Assembly: GCA_964591085.1 (NCBI GenBank)
Contig: CAZPXH010000003.1
Span: 158,426-222,425 of the forward strand
DNA from: an uncultured Spirochaetaceae bacterium
GTDB lineage: Bacteria > Spirochaetota > Spirochaetia > DSM-27196 > CAZPXH01
Length of the DNA: 64,000 bases
Reading direction: 5' to 3'
Shown: positions 27,864 to 36,372 of the stretch, in pieces
Numbering within the stretch: the stretch's first letter is position 1
Layout: the number at the start of each line of letters is the position of its first letter
Notes under the pieces: model-generated
What the model saw: only the letters and a program-made list of their open reading frames with translations
The model's database searches: none
What the model was told of the DNA's origin: nothing
Program-made: the position numbers and the translations under genes

Positions 27864-29576
27864 CTACCCCGAGATATCGGCGGCTCGGAGCGCAGAACTG
27901 ACTTCCTTAAGCAGTTCTCGCGCGTGCTCAAGGGAGGCCGCAGTGCTGCTGTCTCCAGCAAGCATGCGAGCAATCTCGCTGACGCGGGAGTCCTGATCCA
28001 GGCCGTGCACTCTGGTGCGGGTTCTATCCTGCTCTACCACCTTCTCTACCCGGATGTGATTATCCGCCCCGGCCGCAACGCTCGCAAGGTGGGTGATGCA
28101 GAGCACCTGGTGACTGCGCCCGAGCCTGGCGAGGTAGCGACCAACGGCACGAGCAATCTCTCCACCGATTCCCGCGTCCACCTCGTCAAATACCAGTGTG
28201 TCTATGGTGTCAGCCGCGGATAGTGCCGTCTTCAGGGCAAGCATGACCCGGGAGATCTCACCGCCGGATGCAACGGTCTTCAGGGGCCGCGGGTCCTGGC
28301 CGGGATTGGCGGCAATGAGGAATCGCACGTCGTCCATGCCGTTTGCGCCCAGGCTGGGACCGCCGCTCGGCCCTGTTTTCTGCTCAACAGAGACAGCAAA
28401 GCGCGCGCGGTCCATTCCCAGTGCGGAAAGCCCCTCCAGCACCTTCTCTGCAAGCCCGCGAGCCGCAGTCTTCCGGTGCCCGGAAAGGGTCCGAGCCGCT
28501 TCCAGCGCGGCACGCTGCACCCGCTTCAGGCGGTCCTCCAGATCTCGGGTGTTGCCTTCCCAGTTCTCGAGGTCTGTTATCCGATCCTCCGACTGCTGCC
28601 GGTGCTCAAGGACCGCTTCCAGCGACCCTCCGTACTTCCGCTTCAGGTTCTGCAGGGTAGCCAGACGGGACTCCACAAACTCCAGCCGATCCGGATCAAA
28701 AGCCAGCCGATCAGCGTAGGTCGACAGTTCCGATGAGGCGTCACTGAACTCGTAGTAGAGGCTCTCAATCCTACCGGCGAGAGCGGACAGCTCCGAGTCA
28801 ATCTCGGCTGCGTCCTGCAGCCGCGCGCTCAGTGCTCGCATCCCGGAAACCAGCCCGCCATCTTCGCCGTTGGCACGCTCGCGGGCATCCGCCACGGTGG
28901 CATAGAGGCGCTCATACTGACCGAGCCGGGATCGCTCTCCCTCCAGTTCCTGATCCTCGCCGGGCTCAGGGGAGATGCGGTCAATCTCGTCTATGGCAAA
29001 GCGAGCGAGCTCCAGATCCCGATCCCGATCCGCAGCGCTCTGTTGCAGGGCTTCCAGGCGCCGCTTGATCTCGCTTACCTCGGCCACCTTCTCTCGCACC
29101 TCTGCCACCTCGGATTCCAGCTCGCCAAAGGCGTCCAGGAGTTCCCGGTGGCGGGACTCAACCAGCAGGCTCTGATGCTCATGCTGACCGTGCATGTCCA
29201 CCGCCAGCCCCATGAACACCGCGAGTTCCTCTCGCGTTACGGGATTGGACTGAACGTAGATCACACCCCTGCCCTGCTTCTTCACGCTCCGCCGAAGCAG
29301 AACCGAGCCTTCATCCGGCTCAATTGCGCGTTCGGCAAGCCAGGCGAGGGCGGGATGGCCGGCGGCAAAGGAAACCAGGGCGGAGACCACGGTCTCATCG
29401 CCGAACGGCCCAACGGTATCTCCGCTCGCCTTACCGCCAAAGAGGAGGGACAGCGCACCAACCAGCAGGGACTTGCCCGCGCCGGTCTCGCCGCTGATGA
29501 CGTTGAGCCCACCGGTGAACTCGATTGTTGCGCGATCGATGATCGCCAGGTTCTGTACGCTGAGCTGCTCAATCAT
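27864..29576 (-). CDS. recN: DNA repair protein RecN
   Basis: SMC-like. Walker A GETGAGKSLLVGAL, long coiled coils, signature ASGGEISRVMLALK, Walker B LVFDEVDAGIGG. I chose the ATG at 29576 (MIEQLSVQNLAII...), which overlaps nadK by 8 nt. Confidence 0.95.
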   Translation of the reverse strand: MIEQLSVQNLAIIDRATIEFTGGLNVISGETGAGKSLLVGALSLLFGGKASGDTVGPFGDETVVSALVSFAAGHPALAWLAERAIEPDEGSVLLRRSVKKQGRGVIYVQSNPVTREELAVFMGLAVDMHGQHEHQSLLVESRHRELLDAFGELESEVAEVREKVAEVSEIKRRLEALQQSAADRDRDLELARFAIDEIDRISPEPGEDQELEGERSRLGQYERLYATVADARERANGEDGGLVSGMRALSARLQDAAEIDSELSALAGRIESLYYEFSDASSELSTYADRLAFDPDRLEFVESRLATLQNLKRKYGGSLEAVLEHRQQSEDRITDLENWEGNTRDLEDRLKRVQRAALEAARTLSGHRKTAARGLAEKVLEGLSALGMDRARFAVSVEQKTGPSGGPSLGANGMDDVRFLIAANPGQDPRPLKTVASGGEISRVMLALKTALSAADTIDTLVFDEVDAGIGGEIARAVGRYLARLGRSHQVLCITHLASVAAGADNHIRVEKVVEQDRTRTRVHGLDQDSRVSEIARMLAGDSSTAASLEHARELLKEVSSALRAADISG

Positions 29577-30417
29577 CGGCGCCACCCGACCAACTCAGTT
29601 TCTGACGCAGCACTTCATAGAAGGTACGGCGATCCGACTGCACAACGCGCGCCGGCATATCCGCCGATCTGACGGAGATCCGATCACCGCGGGCGAGCGG
29701 CACAACGGTCTGCCCGTCCAAGGTGAGTATGAGGTCCGTCCGCTGCTGCTGCTCAACATCAATGAAGACGATTTCTTCCCCCGGCACAACCAGAGGCCGG
29801 TGACTGATGGAGAACGCGCAGATCGGGATGAGAATCATTGCGGCCATTTCCGGGTGCAGGATGGGGCCGCCGGCAGCGGCGCTGTAGGCCGTTGATCCAG
29901 TGGGAGTTGCTACAATGACCCCATCCGCCCGGTACTTCCCGATCGGCGTGTCCCGCAGGCTCGCCGAAAGGCGCACCAGCTTGGAGATTCCGGCAGAGGA
30001 AATGACCACGTCATTGAGAGCAAGAAATCGATGTACCAGCGAATCGTTCCGGGAGACATCCACGCTCACCATCAGCCGCTCGCCGACGCGGAGCTTCCCG
30101 GCGAAATAGCTGTCTACCGCCGCAAGGACCTCGTCCAGTGCCACCTCGGTGATGAAGCCGAAGTCCCCAAGGTTGACCGGAAGTATCGGCACACCCAGGG
30201 GGGCCATACTCCGCGCCGCATACAACACGGTGCCGTCTCCGCCGAGGCTGATGGCAAGGTCAAAGGATTGCTGGGGCACGGAGCCCGGCTGACCGCGAAA
30301 CCCGAACTTTTGCACCGCAAAGCCGGCAGCTGCAAGCTCTGCTGATATCCGCGTTGACTCGGACTCGGCACCCGGTTTGTCAAAGTTGGCGATCAACAGG
30401 ATGGATCGGGTGCCCAT
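29569..30417 (-). CDS. nadK: NAD kinase
   Basis: 282 aa. GGDGTVLYAAR motif, NLGDFGFIT, PTGSTAYSAAAGGPI. Confidence 0.92.
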   Translation of the reverse strand: MGTRSILLIANFDKPGAESESTRISAELAAAGFAVQKFGFRGQPGSVPQQSFDLAISLGGDGTVLYAARSMAPLGVPILPVNLGDFGFITEVALDEVLAAVDSYFAGKLRVGERLMVSVDVSRNDSLVHRFLALNDVVISSAGISKLVRLSASLRDTPIGKYRADGVIVATPTGSTAYSAAAGGPILHPEMAAMILIPICAFSISHRPLVVPGEEIVFIDVEQQQRTDLILTLDGQTVVPLARGDRISVRSADMPARVVQSDRRTFYEVLRQKLSWSGGADD

Positions 30418-30462
30418 ACCGCATCTAATCCTTTCCGCGCGCTCCGATGCAAGCTTCTGCGG

Positions 30463-31473
30463 CTATGGCAGCGTTGCCACCACCCGGCTCACCTGGGAGA
30501 GCTCCTCGTTTGTCATGGCGGGGTACAGCGGGAAGCGAACACAGCTCATGGCAAGACGCGCCGCCACGGGGACCTCATCCTCCGGAACCAGCCCGCGCGC
30601 GACAACGCTGTTCTCAAACGCCAGCGCCGCGGAGACCTCCTGCCGAGCGGCGTAGGAGATTGCTTCTCCGGCCCCGCGGTCCACGCGCAACGCCAGGCTG
30701 AATGGCAGCAACCCTTCCCCGTCCGGTAGGAGCACCTGCCGCCCTGCCCGGCGGGCCTGCTCCAGCAGCACGCGCGCAAGCTCCTTTCGCCGCCCAAGCA
30801 TTGCATCCAGCTCCCGAAGCTGCGCACTGGCGAGCGCGGCGTTCATGTCAGACATCAGGCTGCTCGTTCCGAGCCTTCCAAGCTCCCGGCTCAGTGCGGT
30901 GTAATCGCGCTTGCTCCGCAAGCTGACGACCGCACCTCCACCTGCGGTGATTACCGCGTCTTCGCCGAGTCCCATGACGGCCACCCGGGCGCGGCTGCCC
31001 GCGTACACACCTTCAACCACTGATCCAAGAGACTCTGTGATGTCCTCCACAACCGGGATTCCGCCGTCCAGAAGGGCGGGACCGGGAGCAAGCCCCAGGC
31101 GGCCGTCCAATACCAACGCTGCCAGCCCCAGGTCAGCAACGCTGTTCGGATCCGGTTGTCCGCTGTGTTCCGCCACGTCCAGGGCCACAGGCTCAAGGCC
31201 TGCTTCTTCTGTTGCCGTCCAGTACTCGGCACGGGAAAGAGCAGGGATGCCAATCCGGCTCTCCGGCTCAAGACCAAGAATCCGCAGGGCCACCGATGCG
31301 GCGCGGGTGTGCTCAGCCAGAGCCATGCCCCGGCCGTGTCCCAGCCATGCAGGGAACTCTCGGCTGAAGGCACGGGAAAGCTCCCCCGGTCCGACGAGGT
31401 CGGCCACCAGTGAATTGAGCACGGCAAGGAGATCCGTCCGGCGAATGAGCGGACGGTTGGAGGGTACGGCCAC
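30463..31473 (-). CDS. DegT/DnrJ/EryC1-like (fold-type I aminotransferase-like) protein, possibly non-catalytic
   Basis: 336 aa. VVEDITESLGS...AVMGLGEDAVITAGGGAVV aligns by eye to the DegT region ...ED.AQA.G...SF...K.iT..EGG. GTG start. Confidence 0.65.
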   Translation of the reverse strand: MAVPSNRPLIRRTDLLAVLNSLVADLVGPGELSRAFSREFPAWLGHGRGMALAEHTRAASVALRILGLEPESRIGIPALSRAEYWTATEEAGLEPVALDVAEHSGQPDPNSVADLGLAALVLDGRLGLAPGPALLDGGIPVVEDITESLGSVVEGVYAGSRARVAVMGLGEDAVITAGGGAVVSLRSKRDYTALSRELGRLGTSSLMSDMNAALASAQLRELDAMLGRRKELARVLLEQARRAGRQVLLPDGEGLLPFSLALRVDRGAGEAISYAARQEVSAALAFENSVVARGLVPEDEVPVAARLAMSCVRFPLYPAMTNEELSQVSRVVATLP

Positions 31474-31475
31474 TA

Positions 31476-31955
31476 TCAGACCTGGATTGATTCTATCTGG
31501 GCAAGTTCGCGAAGGTCGAAGAGGCGTTGAACGTCCAGGATGATGAGGTAACCTTCCTCCTGCTTCACCACTCCCTCTATGTATTCTGCCCCGATTCCGG
31601 TCAGCATCTGCGGGGGCGGCTGCACTTCCTGTGCTCCGACGTGCACGACGCGGAGCACCCGATCGATGATGATGGCAAGGTGCATCTCATCAATCTGGAC
31701 GATGATGAAGCCAGACAGCAGCTGGTCTTCCTCGCTGAGGTCCAGCTTCTTCAGGTGGAAGCGACGATGCAGGTTGATGACCGGGATGATGTCACCCCGG
31801 AGATTGAAGATTCCTTCCACGTAGGCGGGAGCATTCGGAATGGCGCGCACGTCCTCAATCTGGACAATACCCTCCACATCCATGATGTCAATCCCGTAGC
31901 GTTCGCCACTCAGCTGGAACGTAACCAGCTGCAGATCATCTGTACCGGCCATCAC
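31476..31955 (-). CDS. cheW: Chemotaxis coupling protein CheW
   Basis: 159 aa. QLVTFQLSGERYGIDIMDVEGI...IFNLRGDIIPVINLHRRF typical CheW. Confidence 0.9.
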   Translation of the reverse strand: MMAGTDDLQLVTFQLSGERYGIDIMDVEGIVQIEDVRAIPNAPAYVEGIFNLRGDIIPVINLHRRFHLKKLDLSEEDQLLSGFIIVQIDEMHLAIIIDRVLRVVHVGAQEVQPPPQMLTGIGAEYIEGVVKQEEGYLIILDVQRLFDLRELAQIESIQV

Positions 31956-31992
31956 TTACACAATAGTGGAGCCCGCAAAGGCAATCAAGAAG

Positions 31993-33048
31993 CTAGGCGC
32001 GAGACAATCCCTCCAGCAGTTCGCGCCAGTCAGGCCGCTCGGGCTGACCGGGCTTGCGTGCACCGAAGAACTGGAGCACCAGCCTCCCCTCCCGGTCCAG
32101 GATCTCCACGGACCTGACTTCCCCGTCCCTGGTGGGCTTGCGCACGAGCCAGGCCTCTCGCAGCAGCTCCTCCCGGATGTGAAGGTTGAAGCGCTCATCC
32201 AGCACGTTGAACCATCCATCCGCGCCCTCTACCTTCTGCACCGGCCCGCTGTAGATCTGAATGCAGGCAGGGTTTCCCACAAAGGCCATGATGGGCTGAC
32301 CGCTCGCCGCAGCCGCCTCCAGGACCTCGCGATGTGCGGTTGTTGCCAGCGGGTGCGCCCACTCACCCTGAACCGCGCGCATCAACCGAGTCCTGGGCAG
32401 CCGGAACTTGGCGACGAGGCTGGCAAAGTGGTGGGTATCCTGTAGCGCAGACCACGCTGCGCTTATCCCTTCTCGCTCCGATTGATCCGGTTGCCGGTCC
32501 TCGTACACCGGGTAGAAGCCCGAGCCGGGCTCGCCGCGCTCAATGACCGAGGGCTCGGCAAGCGCAAATCGGGAACGGATCTGGTTGAACGTTTCCCAGG
32601 ACGGCTTTCGGAGGAAGTACACCTTGTGGATTGCCGTTCCGGACGCATCGTAGAACTGCAGGCTCCGGAGCCGGCGCTGGGGCAGCTTGAGATCCACGGA
32701 CCAGACCCGCTTCCACAGAGACGTGAAGATGCGGAGGTCTATGTCCTCTGTTACCAGTCCAGGCCCCTTGCCAAACTCCGGATTGACGTAGGCGTCCTTC
32801 CGCTCGTGGACCACAGCATCATTGCGGGTGATGGCCATGATCTCTCCAGCATCCCGGAGCATGGCAAAGATCCCCGGAATATCGGGCTGCAGGCGGACGA
32901 TGTCCTCACCCTGTTCAAGCTCCAGGAGTGCTTCCTCCGGCACGCCGAGAACGGATGCCTGTTCCCGGGCGTGCAGGTGCGGTTGCTCCTGCTTCAGCTT
33001 CTCCCGCGCTTCGCACAGTTCCGTCTCATGCGCCCCGCGCTGATTCAT
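31993..33048 (-). CDS. hmuS: Hemin-degrading/heme-shuttle protein (HemS/ChuS/HmuS family)
   Basis: Two-repeat architecture. SLQFYDASGTAIHKVY and FVGNPACIQIYSGPVQKV motifs. The ATG at 33048 (1 nt after the hmuV stop) gives a 351-aa product of typical family length. The track ORF to 33105 overlaps hmuV. Confidence 0.8.
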   Translation of the reverse strand: MNQRGAHETELCEAREKLKQEQPHLHAREQASVLGVPEEALLELEQGEDIVRLQPDIPGIFAMLRDAGEIMAITRNDAVVHERKDAYVNPEFGKGPGLVTEDIDLRIFTSLWKRVWSVDLKLPQRRLRSLQFYDASGTAIHKVYFLRKPSWETFNQIRSRFALAEPSVIERGEPGSGFYPVYEDRQPDQSEREGISAAWSALQDTHHFASLVAKFRLPRTRLMRAVQGEWAHPLATTAHREVLEAAAASGQPIMAFVGNPACIQIYSGPVQKVEGADGWFNVLDERFNLHIREELLREAWLVRKPTRDGEVRSVEILDREGRLVLQFFGARKPGQPERPDWRELLEGLSRA

Positions 33049-33069
33049 CTCATGCGCCTCGCGCTGACC
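33022..33069. repeat. Imperfect 24-bp tandem duplication (2 copies, 20/24 identical) at the hmuV stop / hmuS start junction
   Basis: Copy 1 at 33022-33045 is cgtctcatgcgccccgcgctgatt. Copy 2 at 33046-33069 is catctcatgcgcctcgcgctgacc. Confidence 0.85.
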
Positions 33070-33880
33070 CGTGGTTGTTGTCATTCCAGCTCCTTTCGTC
33101 CGCAAGTCCTACCGCCACAATAAGCGGACAGGTATCACAGGGGTGCTTTGTGATGAGTACTTCCGTGCCAAACACGGCCCGGATCGTTTCACTGGTGAAA
33201 ACCGTGGCGGGAGGGCCCGTCATGGCTGTGGTGCCCTCGTGCATCATGCACACGACATCAGCGTACTGTGACGCGAGATTCAAATCGTGAACCACCGCAA
33301 GCACACCGCGTCCTTGCCGAGCGAGGCCGCGTGCCACTGCAAGCACCCGGTGCTGGTGCTGCAGATCAAGGCTGGAAGTGGGTTCATCCAGGAGCAGGTA
33401 GGCGCTGGAAAGCCCGGTTATCTGCGCTAGCGCGCGGGCAAGGTGGACGCGCTGCTGCTCCCCGCCGGACAAGCTCGGGTACAGCCTTTCAGAAAAGGCA
33501 GAGGTACCGGTCCTGAGCATTGCGCTGTCAATGGCCGCCGCATCCGCGCCGTGGGAAACGCGTCCCCGGTGAGGCGTTCGCCCCAGCTCCACCACCGAGC
33601 GAGCGCGGAAGGCCGCCTGCAGCATGGAGGACTGCGGAAGAACGGCGCGCCTGCGGGCAAGGTCTCCGCTGTCCATGGCCGTTATGTCATCTCCGTCCAA
33701 CGTGACCGCGCCGGAGCTCGTGGTAATCTCCCCGGCAAGCGCGCGCAGGAGCGTGGACTTCCCGGCACCGTTTGGCCCAACCACCACGGTGAGGCGCCCA
33801 GGCTCTACGCTGAGATCACAGGATCTGAGGATCTGCGCCTCTCCCACCTGGTAGGAAACGCTGAGGGCCTCCAATGCCAT
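33050..33880 (-). CDS. hmuV: Heme ABC transporter ATP-binding protein
   Basis: Walker A GPNGAGKSTLL, signature LSGGEQQRVHLA, Walker B LLLDEPTS. The ATG at 33880 forms an ATGA overlap with hmuU. The track ORF to 34141 is an Arg/Gly-rich over-extension. Confidence 0.9.
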   Translation of the reverse strand: MALEALSVSYQVGEAQILRSCDLSVEPGRLTVVVGPNGAGKSTLLRALAGEITTSSGAVTLDGDDITAMDSGDLARRRAVLPQSSMLQAAFRARSVVELGRTPHRGRVSHGADAAAIDSAMLRTGTSAFSERLYPSLSGGEQQRVHLARALAQITGLSSAYLLLDEPTSSLDLQHQHRVLAVARGLARQGRGVLAVVHDLNLASQYADVVCMMHEGTTAMTGPPATVFTSETIRAVFGTEVLITKHPCDTCPLIVAVGLADERSWNDNNHGSARGA

Positions 33881-34935
33881 CAATGAACCTCCGTTCGGAA
33901 TAGCAGGTACAGGAAGAACGGTGCGCCGATGAACGCCGTCACAATTCCCACCGGGAGTTCGGCCGGCGCGAGCACCAGGCGGCTGAGCGTATCGGCAACC
34001 ACCAGCAGCAGCGCCCCGGTCAGTGTTGAGGCCGGAAGCAGCAGCCGATGATCCGGCCCCAGGACCAGGCGCACCAGGTGCGGGGCTACCAGACCGATGA
34101 AGCCGATGATACCGGTAGCGGCAACCACTGCGCCGACGCACGCGGCCCCCGCAATCACAAGGCGCCTGCGCACCCGGGAGACCGCTATTCCAAGGTGCCC
34201 GGCTTCCCGGTCACCAAGGAGCAGCGCGTTCAGCTGTGGTGCGGAGAGCAGCATCACAAAGCCGGCTGGAACCGCCAGGGCAGCGCTGCTCCAAAGCGCT
34301 CCCCAGGTGGCACCTCCAAGCGAGCCCAAAGTCCAGAAGGTGATGTCACGCAGCTGGGCATCGGTAGCGAAGTAGGTGAAGAACCCGGTCAGGGCGCCGG
34401 CCATGGCGTTAACGGCGATTCCGGCCAGCAGCAGCGTTGCAACGGATTGCCCGCGGCGGCCGATGGTGTAAACCACGGCACTCACAGCGAGGCTTCCGGC
34501 AAAGGCCGCAAGCGGCAGGGACCAAATGGGCATGCGCGCACGGAGCCCGGCACCGGCAACAATCAGGATCACCGCGCCAAGCGCCCCGCCGCTGGAGACC
34601 CCGATCAGCGCCGGTTCTGCCAGGGGGTTGCGGAACAGACCCTGCATGGTTGCCCCGGCAATTCCCAGGCTTGCGCCGGACAGAACCGCCATCAGAACGC
34701 GCGGAATGCGGATTGAGAGAAGGATTCCCGTAGAGCGGGCGCCCAGCGAGACGGGCAGTCCAAGCATCCGGCCGAATCCGCGGATTACGTCTCCGGCAGG
34801 GATTCGCACCGCACCCAAAGCGGAGGAGCCGAGGACTGCTGCAAGCAGGAGGCCTGACAGCAGCCCCAGGGCAAGCAGCGGCTTTGGAAGACGCCGGGCG
34901 GTATTCTCCCTGGCGGCCAAAGTCTGCTGGTTCAC
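33880..34935 (-). CDS. hmuU: Heme ABC transporter permease (FecCD family)
   Basis: FecCD-type polytopic protein (...LLAGIAVNAMAGAL..., GIIGFIGLVAPHLVR, VGIVTAFIGAPFFLYLL). Start set to the GTG at 34935, the first in-frame start after the hmuT stop, with a GGTGGA RBS. The start is uncertain. Confidence 0.9.
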   Translation of the reverse strand: MNQQTLAARENTARRLPKPLLALGLLSGLLLAAVLGSSALGAVRIPAGDVIRGFGRMLGLPVSLGARSTGILLSIRIPRVLMAVLSGASLGIAGATMQGLFRNPLAEPALIGVSSGGALGAVILIVAGAGLRARMPIWSLPLAAFAGSLAVSAVVYTIGRRGQSVATLLLAGIAVNAMAGALTGFFTYFATDAQLRDITFWTLGSLGGATWGALWSSAALAVPAGFVMLLSAPQLNALLLGDREAGHLGIAVSRVRRRLVIAGAACVGAVVAATGIIGFIGLVAPHLVRLVLGPDHRLLLPASTLTGALLLVVADTLSRLVLAPAELPVGIVTAFIGAPFFLYLLFRTEVH

Positions 34936-34978
34936 ACTGATTCCACCACTGAACGGGTCCCGGTCAACACCGGTGCCG

Positions 34979-35914
34979 TCAATCCCTGGAGACCGATGCC
35001 AGCAGCTCCGCGAGGTCAGCGACGGCCGCGCCCGTTCGCGGACCAAACCCCAGCAGGTACAGGTCCTCCATGCTGAGAATGGCGGGTGAACCAAGCTCAA
35101 ACAGCACGTTCAGGCCGGGAACCCCGCGAGCCGCCTCCGGTCCACCCAGGCTGGCAAGCCCGCTGGTGGTGAAGAGAATCACATCGGGCTCGGCCGCTGC
35201 CGCCGCCTCCGGTGTGAGCGGGCGGTAGTCCCGATAACCGCTGATGACGTTCCGGCCGCCGGCAAGCTCAATCATCGCCTCGGCAGAAGTATCGGTTCCG
35301 GATGCAAGCAGGGTCCCCGCCCCTCTGGCGTAGATGAACAGGACCCGCGGCTCGGTTCCCGCTGCAGCGGCAATCTCCGTTCCGCGCTCAATATCGGCTT
35401 CCATCTCTGCAATCAGATCTGCGGCACGGTCCGGTGTACCGAGCACCTCGCCGATGACCTGGACGCGCTCCACCGCACCGGCAAAGCTGTCTTCACCCGG
35501 CACCACAAAGACCGGAACACCCACGGCAGAGAGCTGGTCCAGGGCTTCCGGGGGTCCGAGGTCCTCGGTAGTGATCACCAGCTCCGGCTCAAGGGAGAGG
35601 AGGCCCTCCACTGATACCTGCCGGACATATCCCACGGTGGGCTTGTCCTCGGTTGCACGTGGCGGGTACAGGCTGGACTCGTCCACGCCGACAATCCGTT
35701 CTTCCGCACCCAGGGCATAGGCGGTCTCCGTCACCGCTCCACCCAGAGTGACGATGCGGTTGGTGGCGGGGACCGCTACGGTGACACCCCGTGCGTCTAC
35801 CAGTGCGCGGACGGCAGCACCGTCCGCGCTATCATCAGCCGACTCCCCTGCGCCGCCGGCAAAGGCCAGACCGGCAAGCAGCAGCAGAAGCGGCAGAAAT
35901 GCTCGTTGCTTCAT
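34979..35914 (-). CDS. hmuT: Periplasmic heme-binding protein of ABC transporter (HmuT/ChuT-like, cluster A SBP)
   Basis: The ATG at 35914 gives signal peptide MKQRAFLPLLLLLAGLAFAGGAG. Body is typical of PBP cluster A (IVTLGGAVTETAYALG..., PDVILFT...). Confidence 0.8.
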   Translation of the reverse strand: MKQRAFLPLLLLLAGLAFAGGAGESADDSADGAAVRALVDARGVTVAVPATNRIVTLGGAVTETAYALGAEERIVGVDESSLYPPRATEDKPTVGYVRQVSVEGLLSLEPELVITTEDLGPPEALDQLSAVGVPVFVVPGEDSFAGAVERVQVIGEVLGTPDRAADLIAEMEADIERGTEIAAAAGTEPRVLFIYARGAGTLLASGTDTSAEAMIELAGGRNVISGYRDYRPLTPEAAAAAEPDVILFTTSGLASLGGPEAARGVPGLNVLFELGSPAILSMEDLYLLGFGPRTGAAVADLAELLASVSRD

Positions 35915-36134
35915 GGCTCTATCATGCCCTAGCGTCCACAACTTGTCAATATTCCTGACTGCTGTAGTCAAGAATTAGACCGAGTTGGAGTGTGTGCAAG
36001 TACGCCTTGCGCAGCAATTCCTCGCCGAGGATCAGCTCAGCTCTGCGAAAGAAGCTTCCTCAGGGACGATCCAAGCTGCTGCAGCCGGGATCAGAAGCAC
36101 GCTCGGTACCGGCGTGTCTGCCAAGCGCGGGCAA

Positions 36135-36335
36135 TCACCCCGCAACCAGGATCGCGCCAGCGCTAGAAGCAAGCTCTCGGGCAGCGTCATCTGAGTCAGC
36201 ATCCGCGACAATCCTCTCGCAGCCCTCGGCGGTCTGGCGCGCGAGATCTCGCAGCAGATCGGGGAGCAAGTCCTCTCCATTGAACGCGGGAATGATTATG
36301 CTTGCGGTCTCAAAGGGCGCACGTGGCAAAAACAC
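36135..36335 (-). pseudogene. Relic N-terminal fragment of a family-2 glycosyltransferase
   Basis: The 66-aa ORF MFLPRAPFETASIIIPAFNGEDLLPDLLRDLARQTAEGCERIVADADSDDAARELASSAGAILVAG* matches the GT2 N-terminal pattern (sIIIPayNee..L...L.sL..Qt....EiIVvDdgStD.t.e.a). It stops after about 66 aa. None of the three downstream frames, read by eye, continues the family. Confidence 0.4.
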
Positions 36336-36372
36336 ACCAACGGGCCCGGAAGGCCGCAGCCGTCATACGGCG

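Noticed and set aside
29015-29031. Microsatellite-like (GATCCC)n, about 2.8 copies.
   Set aside because: It lies inside recN and simply encodes the D-R-D-R-D stretch of a coiled-coil segment. It is too short to be a contingency locus.
35992-36372. N-terminal 127-aa extension of the typA ORF as listed in the track.
   Set aside because: The extension is low-complexity Ser/Ala/Arg sequence, overlaps the GT2 relic on the other strand, and precedes the conserved TypA N-terminus by far more than any family member. Comparable over-extensions were trimmed for hmuV (33881-34141), the dppD-like ATPase (61252-61770), pyrC (42982-43287), pyrDK (41387-41464), fliI (3243-3368), xerD (13966-14040) and ftsL (21078-21194).
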